NCBI RefSeq assembly: GCF_009914755.1
Contig: NC_060931.1
Length of the DNA stretch: 64,000 bases
Direction: 5' to 3' (one strand)
DNA from: the human T2T-CHM13v2.0 reference genome, Homo sapiens
The position numbers and the translations under genes are program-made. Below are positions 14,736-27,200 of the stretch, piece after piece (positions within the stretch are counted from its first letter, which is position 1; each line of letters begins with the position of its first letter). A model generated the notes under the pieces. The model did not search any database. It saw nothing but the letters and a program-made list of their open reading frames with translations, and was not told the origin of the DNA.

Positions 14736-17700
14736 GGGAACGAAAAGAAGAATTTATATCAAATATAGACTTTTAATTACAGCACATTCAAGTGCTACAG
14801 CATGAATACCTAAGAATAATGATGCCCTATTGTTCCTTAGGGACATCAGATTGCCCTCTGCAGCAGAATTGAAACATAGTAGATCTCACTGGAGCTACAT
14901 GGTGCCAACTTAAAGAGAGAAGAGGGCTTCCTAGGCAGCTAAAAAATGGAATGCAACCCGATTGAGGTTATTGGATTGCCTGAAGAAAAAAATACATCAA
15001 ACAGAAATAGCTATACCAGCAGTGGAAACAATTTAAAGTAAGAATCACTGGCAAATGCTAGCAAAGCCCATTACAGACTTGCCCAAGGAAGATGATGCCC
15101 TGCTTATAGCCTAATGGCTCCAGTGGCTCTTCTATCCCTATTGAGGAGATGAATTCACCCATTTGTCATTACCTGCTGCCATTAGACGTTTGAATGACTT
15201 AGCCAACTCCCCTTTATTCTGATTCCAGGCCCATGACAAAGCTGATCTACAAAGATCAAATATACTCATTGGAGGACACAAATATGCAGTACCTTGGTAG
15301 CTGCATTTCTGATTAGAAATTAATATAACTTACGTCTTTCTTTTGATATAAGTTAATGTAAGTTCATGTCTAAGAGATTAATCAACATTTAGTATGCTAG
15401 AAAATAAGATATTTTTAGTTTGTAATTATGGGTTAGTGGAGATGAAATAGGGAGTCATGTTTTTAAAACTATCAGGGGTTATATATATATATATGAGATA
15501 AATCTGAAAAGCAGTATATCTTCTTATTTTAAAATGTCAAATTATCTTTGGGAGTAAAAATTTTCTTTCTCAGTTGTAATGAGCCTAGGAAAAGTGGAAA
15601 ATATTTGAGTGTTTGAATGTAACTGGGCAATGAACTAGTTCAGATGAAGCAATTTAACCAAGTTGTAATTGTTTTCATGATATTTAAAAAATACAATTAC
15701 AATTTTTTTTATCTCTGGACCTGAATATAGAACACAGGATTATGTCTACTGTGTAAATGGCCATTTCAGTGAACTGAATGGTGCCCTCGTGGTCTTGAGA
15801 AGATAATGCAATTCACAAAAGGCTTAAATTATTCCCTAGGCACCGTTTAGTTTACACAGTGCAAGTATGTATCCTATTAAAGTCAAAGTACAGTTTATGT
15901 AGAGGCCATAATTTGTCTTGGCCAAGTGGTAATTTCAAATGAAATATTTGGAGTTTAATCATTCACTTAAGAAGTGTATGTATTTAAGGAAAAATTAAAA
16001 TGATATAAAGTATCAAATCAGTTTTTATAAAATGGAAAAATATATTTTAATTAACTTTTAAATTCTGATTTGTGTACTAGCATTTCTTAGAATTATTGCA
16101 CGTGGTACCTCATAAAAGGGAGACTTAGAAAGATCCCTGAGATAAACCCTCTAGGCCAGAAGGATGAGGCCATAGAACATAGGGCCATAGAACATAAAAA
16201 CTTTTTATCTTTCATAGTTTATTTTACTCAGGATTCCCTCATTTTAGATGTTTAGGTAACATGTAATATTCATAGACGTTTCCATGTCTAAGGCAGAAAT
16301 GAATCAGTGATTTCAAGCACTAATTTGAGAATATCTGCAATGCCTCTGATTTCAGTGAAAACATAATGGCACCTCCAGTGAGATGTTGACCATTCTTGGC
16401 TCTGTATTATAAAACAGAAGGTGAAACAAGAAATGAAAACAAGAGAAATATGAAAAAAACCTGTAATCAATCAACCGAGTATTTTGGATATCCATGACTA
16501 TAAGCATTTAGCTTGACTGGTTTTCACTCTGTATTGCATAGGGCAATTTCTTCTTATACAGAGTAGTCAGTGATGCATTTCCCTGTGTCTACTGCTTTGA
16601 ATATTTGACACTTGTTCCTACCTTTTCTGAATATGCATTTACTTGTTAATTTAGTAAATATTTATTGAGATCTACTATGTGAAAATTGTGGGTGGCTATT
16701 ACTTCCAAACTCAATTTTACTTAATTCATCATTAGCCATAATGGACTATGTCCTTGACTAAAGTCTTTCCCACACTTACTCCACATTCCTCTTCGGCCTA
16801 ATAATGTGTTTGGCCATTAACCTGCAGCATTCAGTGCTTTGATGAATTAAATTCCTTGATGGAAGAGGGAAGGACAGGAGCTCTCATCTCATTTCTAACC
16901 CAAAGTGCTGTATGTCACCCTAAGCCTATACCTCCCTGAAAATCTTGACCCAAAATTTTCTCACCATGTTCTCTCAAATTCCTACTCTATCTCTCTGATA
17001 TATCTAAGACATTTGAAAAAAAATAAGTCCATAAAAATATCGACCATTTGGGAATTTTTTTCTTGCTTGTTTTGAAAAGGAATACTTACTATATTTCAAA
17101 TGAAGACTTAATTGGTAGAATTTCAGGGAGTGCTGCAAAATGAAATAACAATTTCAAGCAAAGTTGAAGCAATATGTTTTTTTGTATTTTTGTCGGGGGT
17201 TGGGAGACTTGGAAATCCCATGTATGACAGGATAGTTGCTTCTTTTTCTTCTAAGCTCAGCCCTGATCTCACTGAACCTGGGCAAATAACTACATCAATG
17301 TTACTAAGCCTAAAATTGTTTGATTAAGTATTACATTGAGTGCAACCTAAAAGCAAGCATTTAGAGACTTGACCCAAAAATCAGCAAGGGTAGGAAAGTA
17401 AATTGTAAATGTATAGTGTGGGTACATAGGTAATGATGAGGTAAAAAGCTGGGAAATATAAAGCTATATCTAAGAAATAATTAAGCTAAGTCTCTGATGC
17501 TAAAACTTTCTAATATTCCAAACAATATGCCATAATGCACTACAGTCATATTTTTTCAACAGTTTGAAGACTTTTGGAATAATTAACAAAATAATAGAAA
17601 AGCTTACTAGTATATATGCATATTATCTATGAAATAAAATATTAATGATTATTTTAACAATACTAGAAAATAATGCTTTGCCTTCACATATCTTAATGAG

Positions 17701-18169
17701 AATTAATAAATCCAAAAATAAAAGGCAAGAAGTACATCCCAAAGCCAGAAAGCAACAGCAGAAAATCTACTAGATACATCTAGATTTTTAATTCATATGT
17801 AAGCTGTAACAAAAATCAACTTTCTCTCATTTTTCGCTGTAACATCCATACAATATTTTCCAATGACATTTTCAAAAATAAAATATACAGAACCTGAACA
17901 CATTGAAATAATGGAAATGATACAAACCCTGAACTTGATGAAATAATAGAAATGAGAACACAACTTGAAGAAAATAGAAAACATAGGCAAATATGATTCT
18001 TTAAGATTTGTCAAATTTAGGGTTTATAAACTCTACATTTCTTCATACTTTGATTTTCAGCTAATATGTTGAACTGTCATATATAGAAAGAGTGATAATT
18101 TTGCAAATTCAGTGAAATACAAACCAGAGGCACTCTAAAGATCAAGAAGGCTGTGCTGATTCTTTGCAG

Positions 18170-18410
18170 GAGGAGAAAATAAGATAAAAAAACTCTGGCA
18201 AAATTGATTAGAAGAATAGAGGAGACATAAACAATATGATGTATTTTGAAAGACAGAACCACAGATAAAGAAGGAAATGAAGAGATAATGAGAGTATTAT
18301 CAATCCCTATTTGGGTATATTTTGAAAACAAAATTTACAAATTTCTAAAAAAAAGGTTCATCAGAATTGACTCAATATGAAATAAAGAGTTTGAGTAATC
18401 CTATGGATAT
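18170..18410 (+). mobile_element. Old L1M ORF2 fragment
   Basis: aaactctggcaaaattgattag...aattgactcaatatgaaataaag. Confidence 0.55.
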
Positions 18411-19079
18411 GTTTGATACATATTCCTTCTTTCTGCTGATGATAAAAATGTTGAAGAGGAAAAGTTCAAAGAATACATCCTCTAAAACCTTCCTTGAACC
18501 TTGCCTCCAGGTAGATGAAACACTATTAATGAACAATGTAATAGTGATGTGTCATGATTATAACTATAATTTTAGAATAACATGATTTATTCATGTAGAG
18601 TTTTAATGAGCACTGCTTTCTTTTCCAAAGATGTTATAATTAATGGCTAATGCTATGCCAGCAATGTATTAATCAGTAGTTGAGCAATCTTCCCACTTTT
18701 CTCCTTCCCACTGTCCCTGCTTTAGTTGATGGGGTTCATGGTTTCTTGTGTGGAAAATCACAAAAGCATCCTACATGGTCTTTTGCCAACCACAATTCAT
18801 CTTTCTACTGATTAATTTTTAAATACTTTTAGAGATTTAGGTCTAATTTCTGGACTAGAGTAATTTTAATCTGTCAAAATATGTGACCAGTTTCAGCCTG
18901 TAGTGATGATGTACTCTGAATTTCTCAGATCTGCTTCTTTTAAAACAATATGAACATATAAATATATAAATATGTAGATGTATAAAACAATGTTAAATAA
19001 TTTGTAGAATATAAAAACATTATAAATATACATACATACTTAATATGTACATATTTATGTGTGCATTTATGTCTTTACA

Positions 19080-19180
19080 TAAATATATGCATATACAAAG
19101 CAATATAAAAACAACATAAATATGTGTGTCTATATATGTATATGTGTGTGTGTGCGCGTGTGTGTATATATACATATAAA
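19080..19180. repeat. (TA)/(TG) low-complexity repeat
   Basis: tatgtgtgtgtgtgcgcgtgtgtgtatatatacatat. Confidence 0.8.
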
Positions 19181-20476
19181 TGCAGCTATTTTCAAAATTT
19201 CCGAAGAAATTCAACCTTGTTAATTATTAATAAAACCTATAAAATTTAATGTTTCTCATGTTAAAATATCAAGTATATTCATTTATTACTTCTTTGCCAC
19301 CAAAGTGTAAAGTCAAATTAATCCCCAAAGCAAACAAATAGATTTTTGCTTATACCAAAAAATGTCCCAAAATGTATTCATTTGAAAATTAAGTTATTTA
19401 GAAATCTAATATTTATAAGCAACGACTGAACCAATAAATTACCTCAAACGACCTAATACAAAATTGTAGTGTTAAATGCCTTAGTATTTTGGTACCAAAC
19501 AATCTAATATTAGACTTCCAGAAATGAGTATCATTGGGTCATGAGATAAACCGGAAGAATACATATAAACACATTGGAAATAAAAAGAAACATAATTCAA
19601 TACATACACCTATTTTAGCTGTGGGTCAGAAATGTTCTCTTTTAATATACATCACAATAAACATTATTGTCTCCTAGACATACATTGAAGTTTTAATGGC
19701 AAAATTTAGCTGTCAAGTATTAAGATTTTTCTATGACCAAATTAAAAACACTCTTAGATATCCTTATTATACAACTTTAATAAAATCAAAGTTAACAGTG
19801 TTATTGTCCATGTTCCTTTTATTAGAGAAGCATGAAAAAATAATTCACCAAAAGTGTATTAGAAGAAATAATTCTATATGAAGAACAAGACAGAAAGAAA
19901 AATAAGGACCCAAAACCCACAGTAACACATAATACACACATACACATTCAATTAATGCACAATCAAATCGACTTGAAAATTCCACTAACTTATAACCATC
20001 TGTGCTCTCTGCAGAATGATTAAAGAAAAGAAAGACAAAGATTCAAATGATAAATACATGCAAAAACATATTTTAAGCTATTTTATTTGGTTATTGTATA
20101 AGAAAACGATTTTTAAAATGAGATATTTTGAGGATCAAAAAGCCAACATTTTTGCTATATTTAGATGCCAAAATAGACACCTAAATGAAAAGAAAAATAT
20201 TCTTGACACAAAAATAATATTAAAGTTTAGAGATTCTCTGAACTTAAGCTTACCCCAACAGCTATGACATAATGATATTCCATGTATCAAATGAAATTAG
20301 TACAAGATGAGATGACTCTTTCATCACAGCAGGCATACTAGAGTTAAAAAAAAAAAACCTGAATATGGATCAAGGTATTAGGTTTTTAAAGGGCAACTCA
20401 GGTAGATAGCAATACAGAAATATTTATATTGACTGAGATTTTAATATACAGTATTATCAAAGGTATTTTTAAGGAA

Positions 20477-20544
20477 TAACATGATTTTAAGAATAAGTTG
20501 TTAAATTATTCTTAACATGATTTTAAGAATAAGTTGTTAAATTA
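20477..20544. repeat. Tandem duplication, 32 bp identical, period 36
   Basis: taacatgattttaagaataagttgttaaatta at 20477 and 20513. Confidence 0.95.
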
Positions 20545-20607
20545 GAAAAATATTCCTACTTTTTCTAAAAAGTGTACTTGACTAGATCTAAAGAGATTTA
20601 TTTAGTC

Positions 20608-20662
20608 ATTTATAATGATTGTTATGTAGAAGATGATTTATAATGATTGTTATGTAGAAGAT
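20608..20662. repeat. Tandem duplication, 27 bp identical, period 28
   Basis: atttataatgattgttatgtagaagat at 20608 and 20636. Confidence 0.95.
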
Positions 20663-20736
20663 ACAGTGAAAGAAATCCTGCAGTTGCCCTATAATGCACA
20701 AATTGTATTTTAAGTAATTCTCTTATGAATGCTCAC

Positions 20737-20834
20737 AACTTCCTGTTCTGATATAAATATCTGCCTTCATTAGAATGCCTCCCTGCCTGTGATAATGTGC
20801 TCGGATTTTCTCATGTTTAAATATCATATCAAAA
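20737..20834 (-). other. Candidate exon Z (98 nt, phase 2 to 1)
   Basis: ggtttcag|ttttgatatg ... aggaagtt|gtgagc; open frame FDMIFKHEKIRAHYHRQGGILMKADIYIRTGS; weak acceptor. Confidence 0.25.
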
Positions 20835-21517
20835 CTGAAACCTATTTTCAGTTACATTGTGTATGCCACAATTTCAAGTAAAATATGTAGTATTACTTAG
20901 TAGTAACAGTAGTATTACTTAAATTAGAAAATGTGTATTTCTCAAAACAGAAATACATAAAAGACCTTAATTAAAGTACAGCTATTCATTGTTGATTTCT
21001 TTCCCAAAGATTAGCCCCATTCTGGCTTCATTGAAAACACATAAAATTACAGCTATAGCTGAATATGTGTGTGTTTATTAAATTAAATAAGTTAATTTTT
21101 ATTTTATGGGCAAAAAGAAGGTATGGAATATTTTACACAGAAAGCTATGTTTACATTTTAATCTCTTTTTTTAGTTCTAATAGCTTTAGAGCAAATTCTT
21201 TAGAATTTTCTATGTATAAGACCATGCTATCTACAAATAGAGATAGTTTTATTGCTTCTTTTCCAATCTGAATGCCTTTTTATTTTTGAATATTAAGTAG
21301 AATAGTAAATACATTCCTTTTGCTCATAAAGTAAAAACTAACTTCTTAAATAAACACACACAAGTACTCAGCTGTAGCTACAATTGTATGTATTTTAATA
21401 TTAAATGCATTATTTTTATGCTTTGATATGTATTGTTTAACATGAGAAAATCCAAGCATGTTATCACAGACATGGAGTTATTCTAATGAAAGCAGATATT
21501 TATATCAGAACAGGAAG
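20739..21517. repeat. Inverted repeat of unique-looking DNA (arms 20739-20833 and 21422-21517)
   Basis: Reverse complement of the left arm matches the right arm; 71/79 identical in the core by hand count, outer 26 bp identical. Confidence 0.93.
21165..21290 (-). mobile_element. L1M ORF2 fragment
   Basis: ttctttagaattttctatgtataagaccatgctatctacaaatagagatagtttt. Confidence 0.75.
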
Positions 21518-21694
21518 CTAAACAAGTATTCAGCTAAAGTATGGTAAACACAGAACATACTTTTGTGGCTGGGACCATTTTTCTTAAAGATACATATTAT
21601 TTAAAAGAACGATTTATTACAGAAATATTTAAGTAGCCTTATAATGTTGTATTGATGTGTATCCATGGACTGGTAAGTTTAAATTTTTTAAATA

Positions 21695-24224
21695 TCAACT
21701 TATAAAACCACATGAACATCTCAATAGATGCAGAGAAAGCATCTGACAAAATATAGCACACTCTTATGAAAAGAAGTATTCAAGAAACTAGGAATCAAAG
21801 GGAACTTCTTCAACTTAATATAGGGTATCTATGAAAAAACACAGTTAAGATGATACTTAATGATGAAAAACTGGATGCTTTCTCCCTACTAACAGGAACA
21901 ATACAAGGATACCCACTCTTGCCACCTCTGTTTAACATTGTGCTGGAGGGTCCAGAGAGTGCAATTAAATAATTAATTAATAATTAATTAATTAAATAAT
22001 TAAACAAAAAAATAAGCATCCAGACTGCAAATGAAGAAATATACTATCTCTGTTTGTAGATGGCATGATCTCGTACATAGAAAATCTTAAAGAATTCACT
22101 GGAGAGGTATTAGAACTAATAAATGAGTTTAACAAGACTGCAAGATGCAAGATCAATAAACAAAACTAATAAATTTCCATAAGTAAGGAATGGGCAATCC
22201 AAAAATGAAATTAAGAAAACAATTCCATTTACAATGCATTAGGAAATAAAATACCTGGAAATAAATTTAGCAAAAGAAATGCAAGTTTGTATTCTAAAAC
22301 TCCAAAATATTGTTGAAAGAAAGATCTAAATAATTGAAGAGACATCCCATGGTGATAGATATGAACATATAACTCTGTTGAGATTTCATGCAAAATTGTT
22401 TTAATTAATGATAAGCAAATGGCTCTTAGAAAACTTGGAGTATTTTTCTTTTTTTTTTTATTATACTTTAAGTTCTGGGATACATGTGCAGAACATGTAG
22501 GTTGCAGCAAACTACCATAGCACGTGTATACTCTGTTGAGATTTCAACAATTTCCAAGTTGATCTACAGATTCAGTGAACTCTCCACCAAGATTTGAGAA
22601 AGTTTTTTTGCATAAATTGACAAGCTGATCTTAAAATTCATATGGAAAGTCAATGGACCCAGAATAGCCAAACAAGTCTTGAAAAAGAACAGCTAAAAAC
22701 TGAGTTGGAAAACTTACAATTTCCTATTTCAAAACTTACAACAAAACTAAAATAATCAGAACAATTTGGAACTGGTCAAGAATAAACATAGGTCAATGGA
22801 CTACAATAGAAATCCAGAAATAATAGACATAGATCAATAGAATAAAATTGAGAGTCCAGAAATAATAGACATAGATCAATAGAATAAAATGGAGTCTAGA
22901 AATAAACCCTTACATTTATGGTCAATTGACTTTCAGCAAGGGTGCTCAGACAATAAAATGGCAAATAATTATCTCTTCAACAAATGGTACAGGGACACTG
23001 GATTATTTACATGCAAAAGAAGGAAGTGGACCCCTTCTTCACAACAAACACATTAATTAACTTAAAATGGATCTCAGACCTAATCATAAGATCTAAAACT
23101 ATAAAATTCTTAAAAGAAAACATATATATGCTTATATATATTTATGATTACTAAATATGTATTTACCTAAATATTATACATTATATATTTTTTGTGTATG
23201 TGTATATATGTGTGCATGCATACACACACACACAGACACACACACACATATATAAATGGACTTCCAAAATGAAAAATGTTTGTCCTCCAAAGAACACCAA
23301 CAAGAATTGAAAAGACAACCCACATAATGGGAGGAATTATTTGCAAATTATATGCACGACAAGGGGCTTTTATCCAAAATATATGAAGAACTCTTACAAC
23401 TTATTTAAAAAGATAAAAGAAACCCATTAAAAATGGGCAAAGGATCTGATTAGACACTTCTTCAAAGAAGTTATAGAAATAGCCAATTAGCACATGAAAA
23501 GATGTTAAATGTCATTAATCATTAGAAAAATGTAATTCAATACTACAGTAAGATTCTGCTTCATGCACACTAAGATAGCTAAAGCAAGAAGACCAATAAT
23601 AATAATTTTTGGTGAGGATGTGGAGAAACTGGAATGTTTATAAATTTCTGGTGAGAATGTAAAATTGTGCAGCCACTTTGGAAAATAATTTAGCATTCCT
23701 TGAAGTATGAAACATAGGGTTACCATACCATGTGCACCAGTAATCACATACATAGGGTATATATAGATATGTCTCAAAATGAAACATATATATTCATACA
23801 AAAACTTCTACACATATATTATAGCAGCGTTATTCACAATAGCAAAAAGCAGAAGCAACCCAAATGTCCACCAATTGATAAACAGATGAATAAAATGCAG
23901 TGTGTCCATCAATGAAATATTATTTGCCAATAAAAACGAATGAAAATGAAGTTCTGATACATGACATCCTATGGCTAAATCTCGAAAACGTTATGCTTAT
24001 TCAAAGACACTACTAACAAAAGAGTTGGGGAAATGAGGGTAATAGAGAGGGACTGCAAATAGATATGATGGTTTTCTTTGGAGAGGGTATTGAAAATGTT
24101 CTAAAGTTAGATTGTGGTAATGTTTGCACAACTCTGTAAATATACTAAAAAACTATTGAATTGTACACTTTACTTGGGTGAACTAAATGGACTACGAATT
24201 GTATCTCAGTGAAGCTATTTTTTT
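21695..24224 (+). mobile_element. L1MB7/8-type LINE, 5'-truncated
   Basis: ORF2-like sequence from 21700; 3' end gaaaatgttctaaagttagattgtggtaatg...attgaattgtacacttt. Confidence 0.85.
22389..22529 (-). mobile_element. Miniature L1PA7/8 insertion with 5' inversion and apparent 3' transduction
   Basis: Exact 17-bp TSD actctgttgagatttca (22372-22388 / 22530-22546); poly(T), ttattatactttaagttctgggatacatgtgcag, inverted tgcagcaaactaccatagcacgtgtat, and 54 bp non-L1 sequence. Confidence 0.88.
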
Positions 24225-24238
24225 AAAAGTCCATCTCA

Positions 24239-27200
24239 GATATAGGATTAAGATGGCGGACAGGTGGCAGGACTAGCTTGCAGCACCCACCCGGATAGAC
24301 AGAGCAGTGTGTGGAGACTCACATCATGAAATTTTGCTCCAAGAACTACTGGAGAGAAAGCTGAGGGAATCCACAGACCCTTTGAAGGGGAACTGGATTG
24401 CTGCTGCAGGCTCACTGAGACAGCAAAAAAATGTGGGTGTGCTTGCCTTCTCAACAGGGAGGCTCGTGGTCTGGGGCAAGTTCTCAGCCCTGGTCACCAG
24501 CTGCCTGGAAACAGACTTGGTGCTGTTGGGGGTGGGGCACAGTGGGAGTGAGACCAGCCTTTAAGACTGCCATCTGTGTGGGAACGGGATGAGGCCTGTG
24601 GCTGCTGGATTTCCCCCACTTCCCTGGCAACCTGCATGACTCAGCAAAGGCAGCCATAACCCCTAGGAACATAATTCCATTTTCCTGGGAACCACATCCT
24701 CATCCCCACAGCAGCAAGCCCCAACCAAGGAGAGTCTGAGCTCAGACACACCTATACCCACCCCCATCTGGTGGTCTTTCTCTACCTGCCCTGGTAGCCA
24801 AAGACAAAGGTCATAATCTCTTGGGAGCTCTATGGTCCTACCCACCACCTGAGAAATCTGAATACTTAACCAGGCATCCCTAGGGCAAGTTTGCATCCTC
24901 CCTGTAACACCACAGCTAATGCGCTCTTGAAAGTGCCACTTGCTGGCTGGACGCCAACCAACATAAAACCAGTGCACTATATGAAAACACAACCAAGGAC
25001 CCTCACAGAGTCCACTTCACTCCCTTGCTACCTCCACTGGAACAGGTGCTGTTATCCACGGCTGAAAGACCTCAAGATGGGTCACATCACAGGACTCTTT
25101 ACAGACACTCCCCAGTACCAGCCTGGAGCCCAGTAGCTCCACTGGGTGGCTAGACCCATAAAAGCAAAAACAATCACTGCAGTTCAGCTTTCAAGAAGCC
25201 CCATTCCTAGGGGAAGCAGGAGAACACCACATCAAGGGAGCACACCATAGGACAAAAGAATCTGAACAGTAGCCCTTGAGTACCAGATTTCCCTCTGACA
25301 TAGTCTACCCAAATGAGAAGGAACCACAGAAACAATTCTGGTAATATGACAAGACATGTTTCTTTAACACCCCCAAAAGATCACACCAGCTCACCAGCAA
25401 TGGATCTAAACCAAGATGAAATCTCTGAATTGCCAGAAAAAGAATTCAGAAAGTCGATTATTAGGCTGATCATGGAGACGCCAGAGAAAAGTGAAGTCTA
25501 ACTCAAAAAAATCAAAAACATGATACAGGATATGAAGGGAAAAATCTTCAGTGAAATAAATAGCATAAATAAAAAGCTATCACAACTTCTGGAAATCACG
25601 GACACACTTAGAGAAATGCAAAATGCACTGGAAAGTCTCAGCAATACAATAAACAAGCAGAAGAAAGAATTTCAGAGCTCGAAGGTAAGGCTTTCAAATT
25701 AACCCAGTCCAACAAAGACAAAGAAAAAAGAATATTTAAAAATGAACAAAGCCTCCAAGAAGTTTGGAACTATGTTAAACCTCCAAACCTAAGAATAATT
25801 GGTGTTCCTGAGGAAGAAGAGAAATCTAAACATTTGGTAAACATACTTGAGAAAATAATTGAGAAAAACTTCCCCAGCCTTCCTAGAGATCTAGATATCC
25901 AAATACAAGAAGCTCAAGGAACATCTGGGAAATTTATTGCAAAAAGATCATCACCTAGTCACATAGTCATCAGATTATCTAAAGTCAAGACAAAGGAAAG
26001 GATTTTAAGAGCTGTAAGGCAAAAGCATCAGGTAACCTATAAATGAAAACCTACCAGATTAACAGCAGATTTCTCAGCAGAAACTCTACAAACTAGAAGG
26101 GATTGAGGTCCTATTTTTAGCCACCTTAAGCAAAACTATTATCAGCCAAGAATTTTTTATCCAGTGAAACTAAGCTTCGTAAATGAAGGAAAGATACAGT
26201 CTTTTCCAGACAAACAAATGCTGAGAGAATTTGCCACTACCAAACCAGTACTACAAGAACTGCTAAAAGGAGCTCTAAATCTTGAAACAAATCCTTGAAA
26301 TACACCAAAATAGAACCTCCTTAAATCTCACAAGACCTATACAACAATAACACAATGAAAAAAATAAACCAGGTATTGAGGCAACAAATAGCACAATGGA
26401 TAGAATAGTACCTCACATCTCAATGCTAATGTTGAATGTAAATGGCCAAAGTGCTCCACTTAAAAAATACAGAATGGCTGAACGGATAAGAATTCGCCAA
26501 CCAAGTTTCTGCTTTCTTCAGGAGACACACCTAACACATAAGAACTCATATAAACTTAAGGTAAAGGGGTGAAAAAAGATATTCCATGCAAATGGAAACC
26601 AAATGCAAGCAAGAGTAGTTATTCTTATATCAGACAAAAAAAACCTTAAAGCAATAGCAGTTAAAAAAGACAAAGAGGGACATTATATAGTGATAAATGG
26701 ACTAGTTCAACAGGAAAATATCACAATCCTAAATATAGATGCACCTAACACTGGACCTCCAAAATTTATAGAACAATTACTGCTAGACCTAAGAAATGAG
26801 ATAAACAGAAACACTATTATAGTGGGGGACTTTAATACTCCACTGACAGCACTAGATAGGTCATCAAGACAGAAAGTCAACAAAGAAACAATTAACTTAA
26901 ACTATACCCTACAACAAATGGACTTAACAGATATTTGCACAACATTCCACCCAACAACTGCAGAATATACATTCTATCCATCAGCACATGGAACATTCTC
27001 CAAGATAGATCATATGATAGGCCACAAAACAACTATCAGTAAATTTAAGAAAATCAAAATTATATCAAATACTCTCTCAGGCTGCAGTGGAATGAAATTT
27101 GAAATCAACTCCAAAAGGAACCCTCAAAACCACGCAAATACATGCAAATTAAATAACCTGCTCCTGAATGATCATTGGGTCAACAATGAAAGAGGAAAGG

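Noticed and set aside
19760-20008. Faint resemblance of translated pieces to multi-pass membrane proteins such as TMEM181
   Set aside because: Only a few scattered residues across frameshifts; not supportable without a profile search.
20477-22900. Short direct repeats as a CRISPR-like array
   Set aside because: Two or three adjacent copies without unique spacers, in eukaryotic DNA; 22810-22900 is a tandem duplication inside L1MB.
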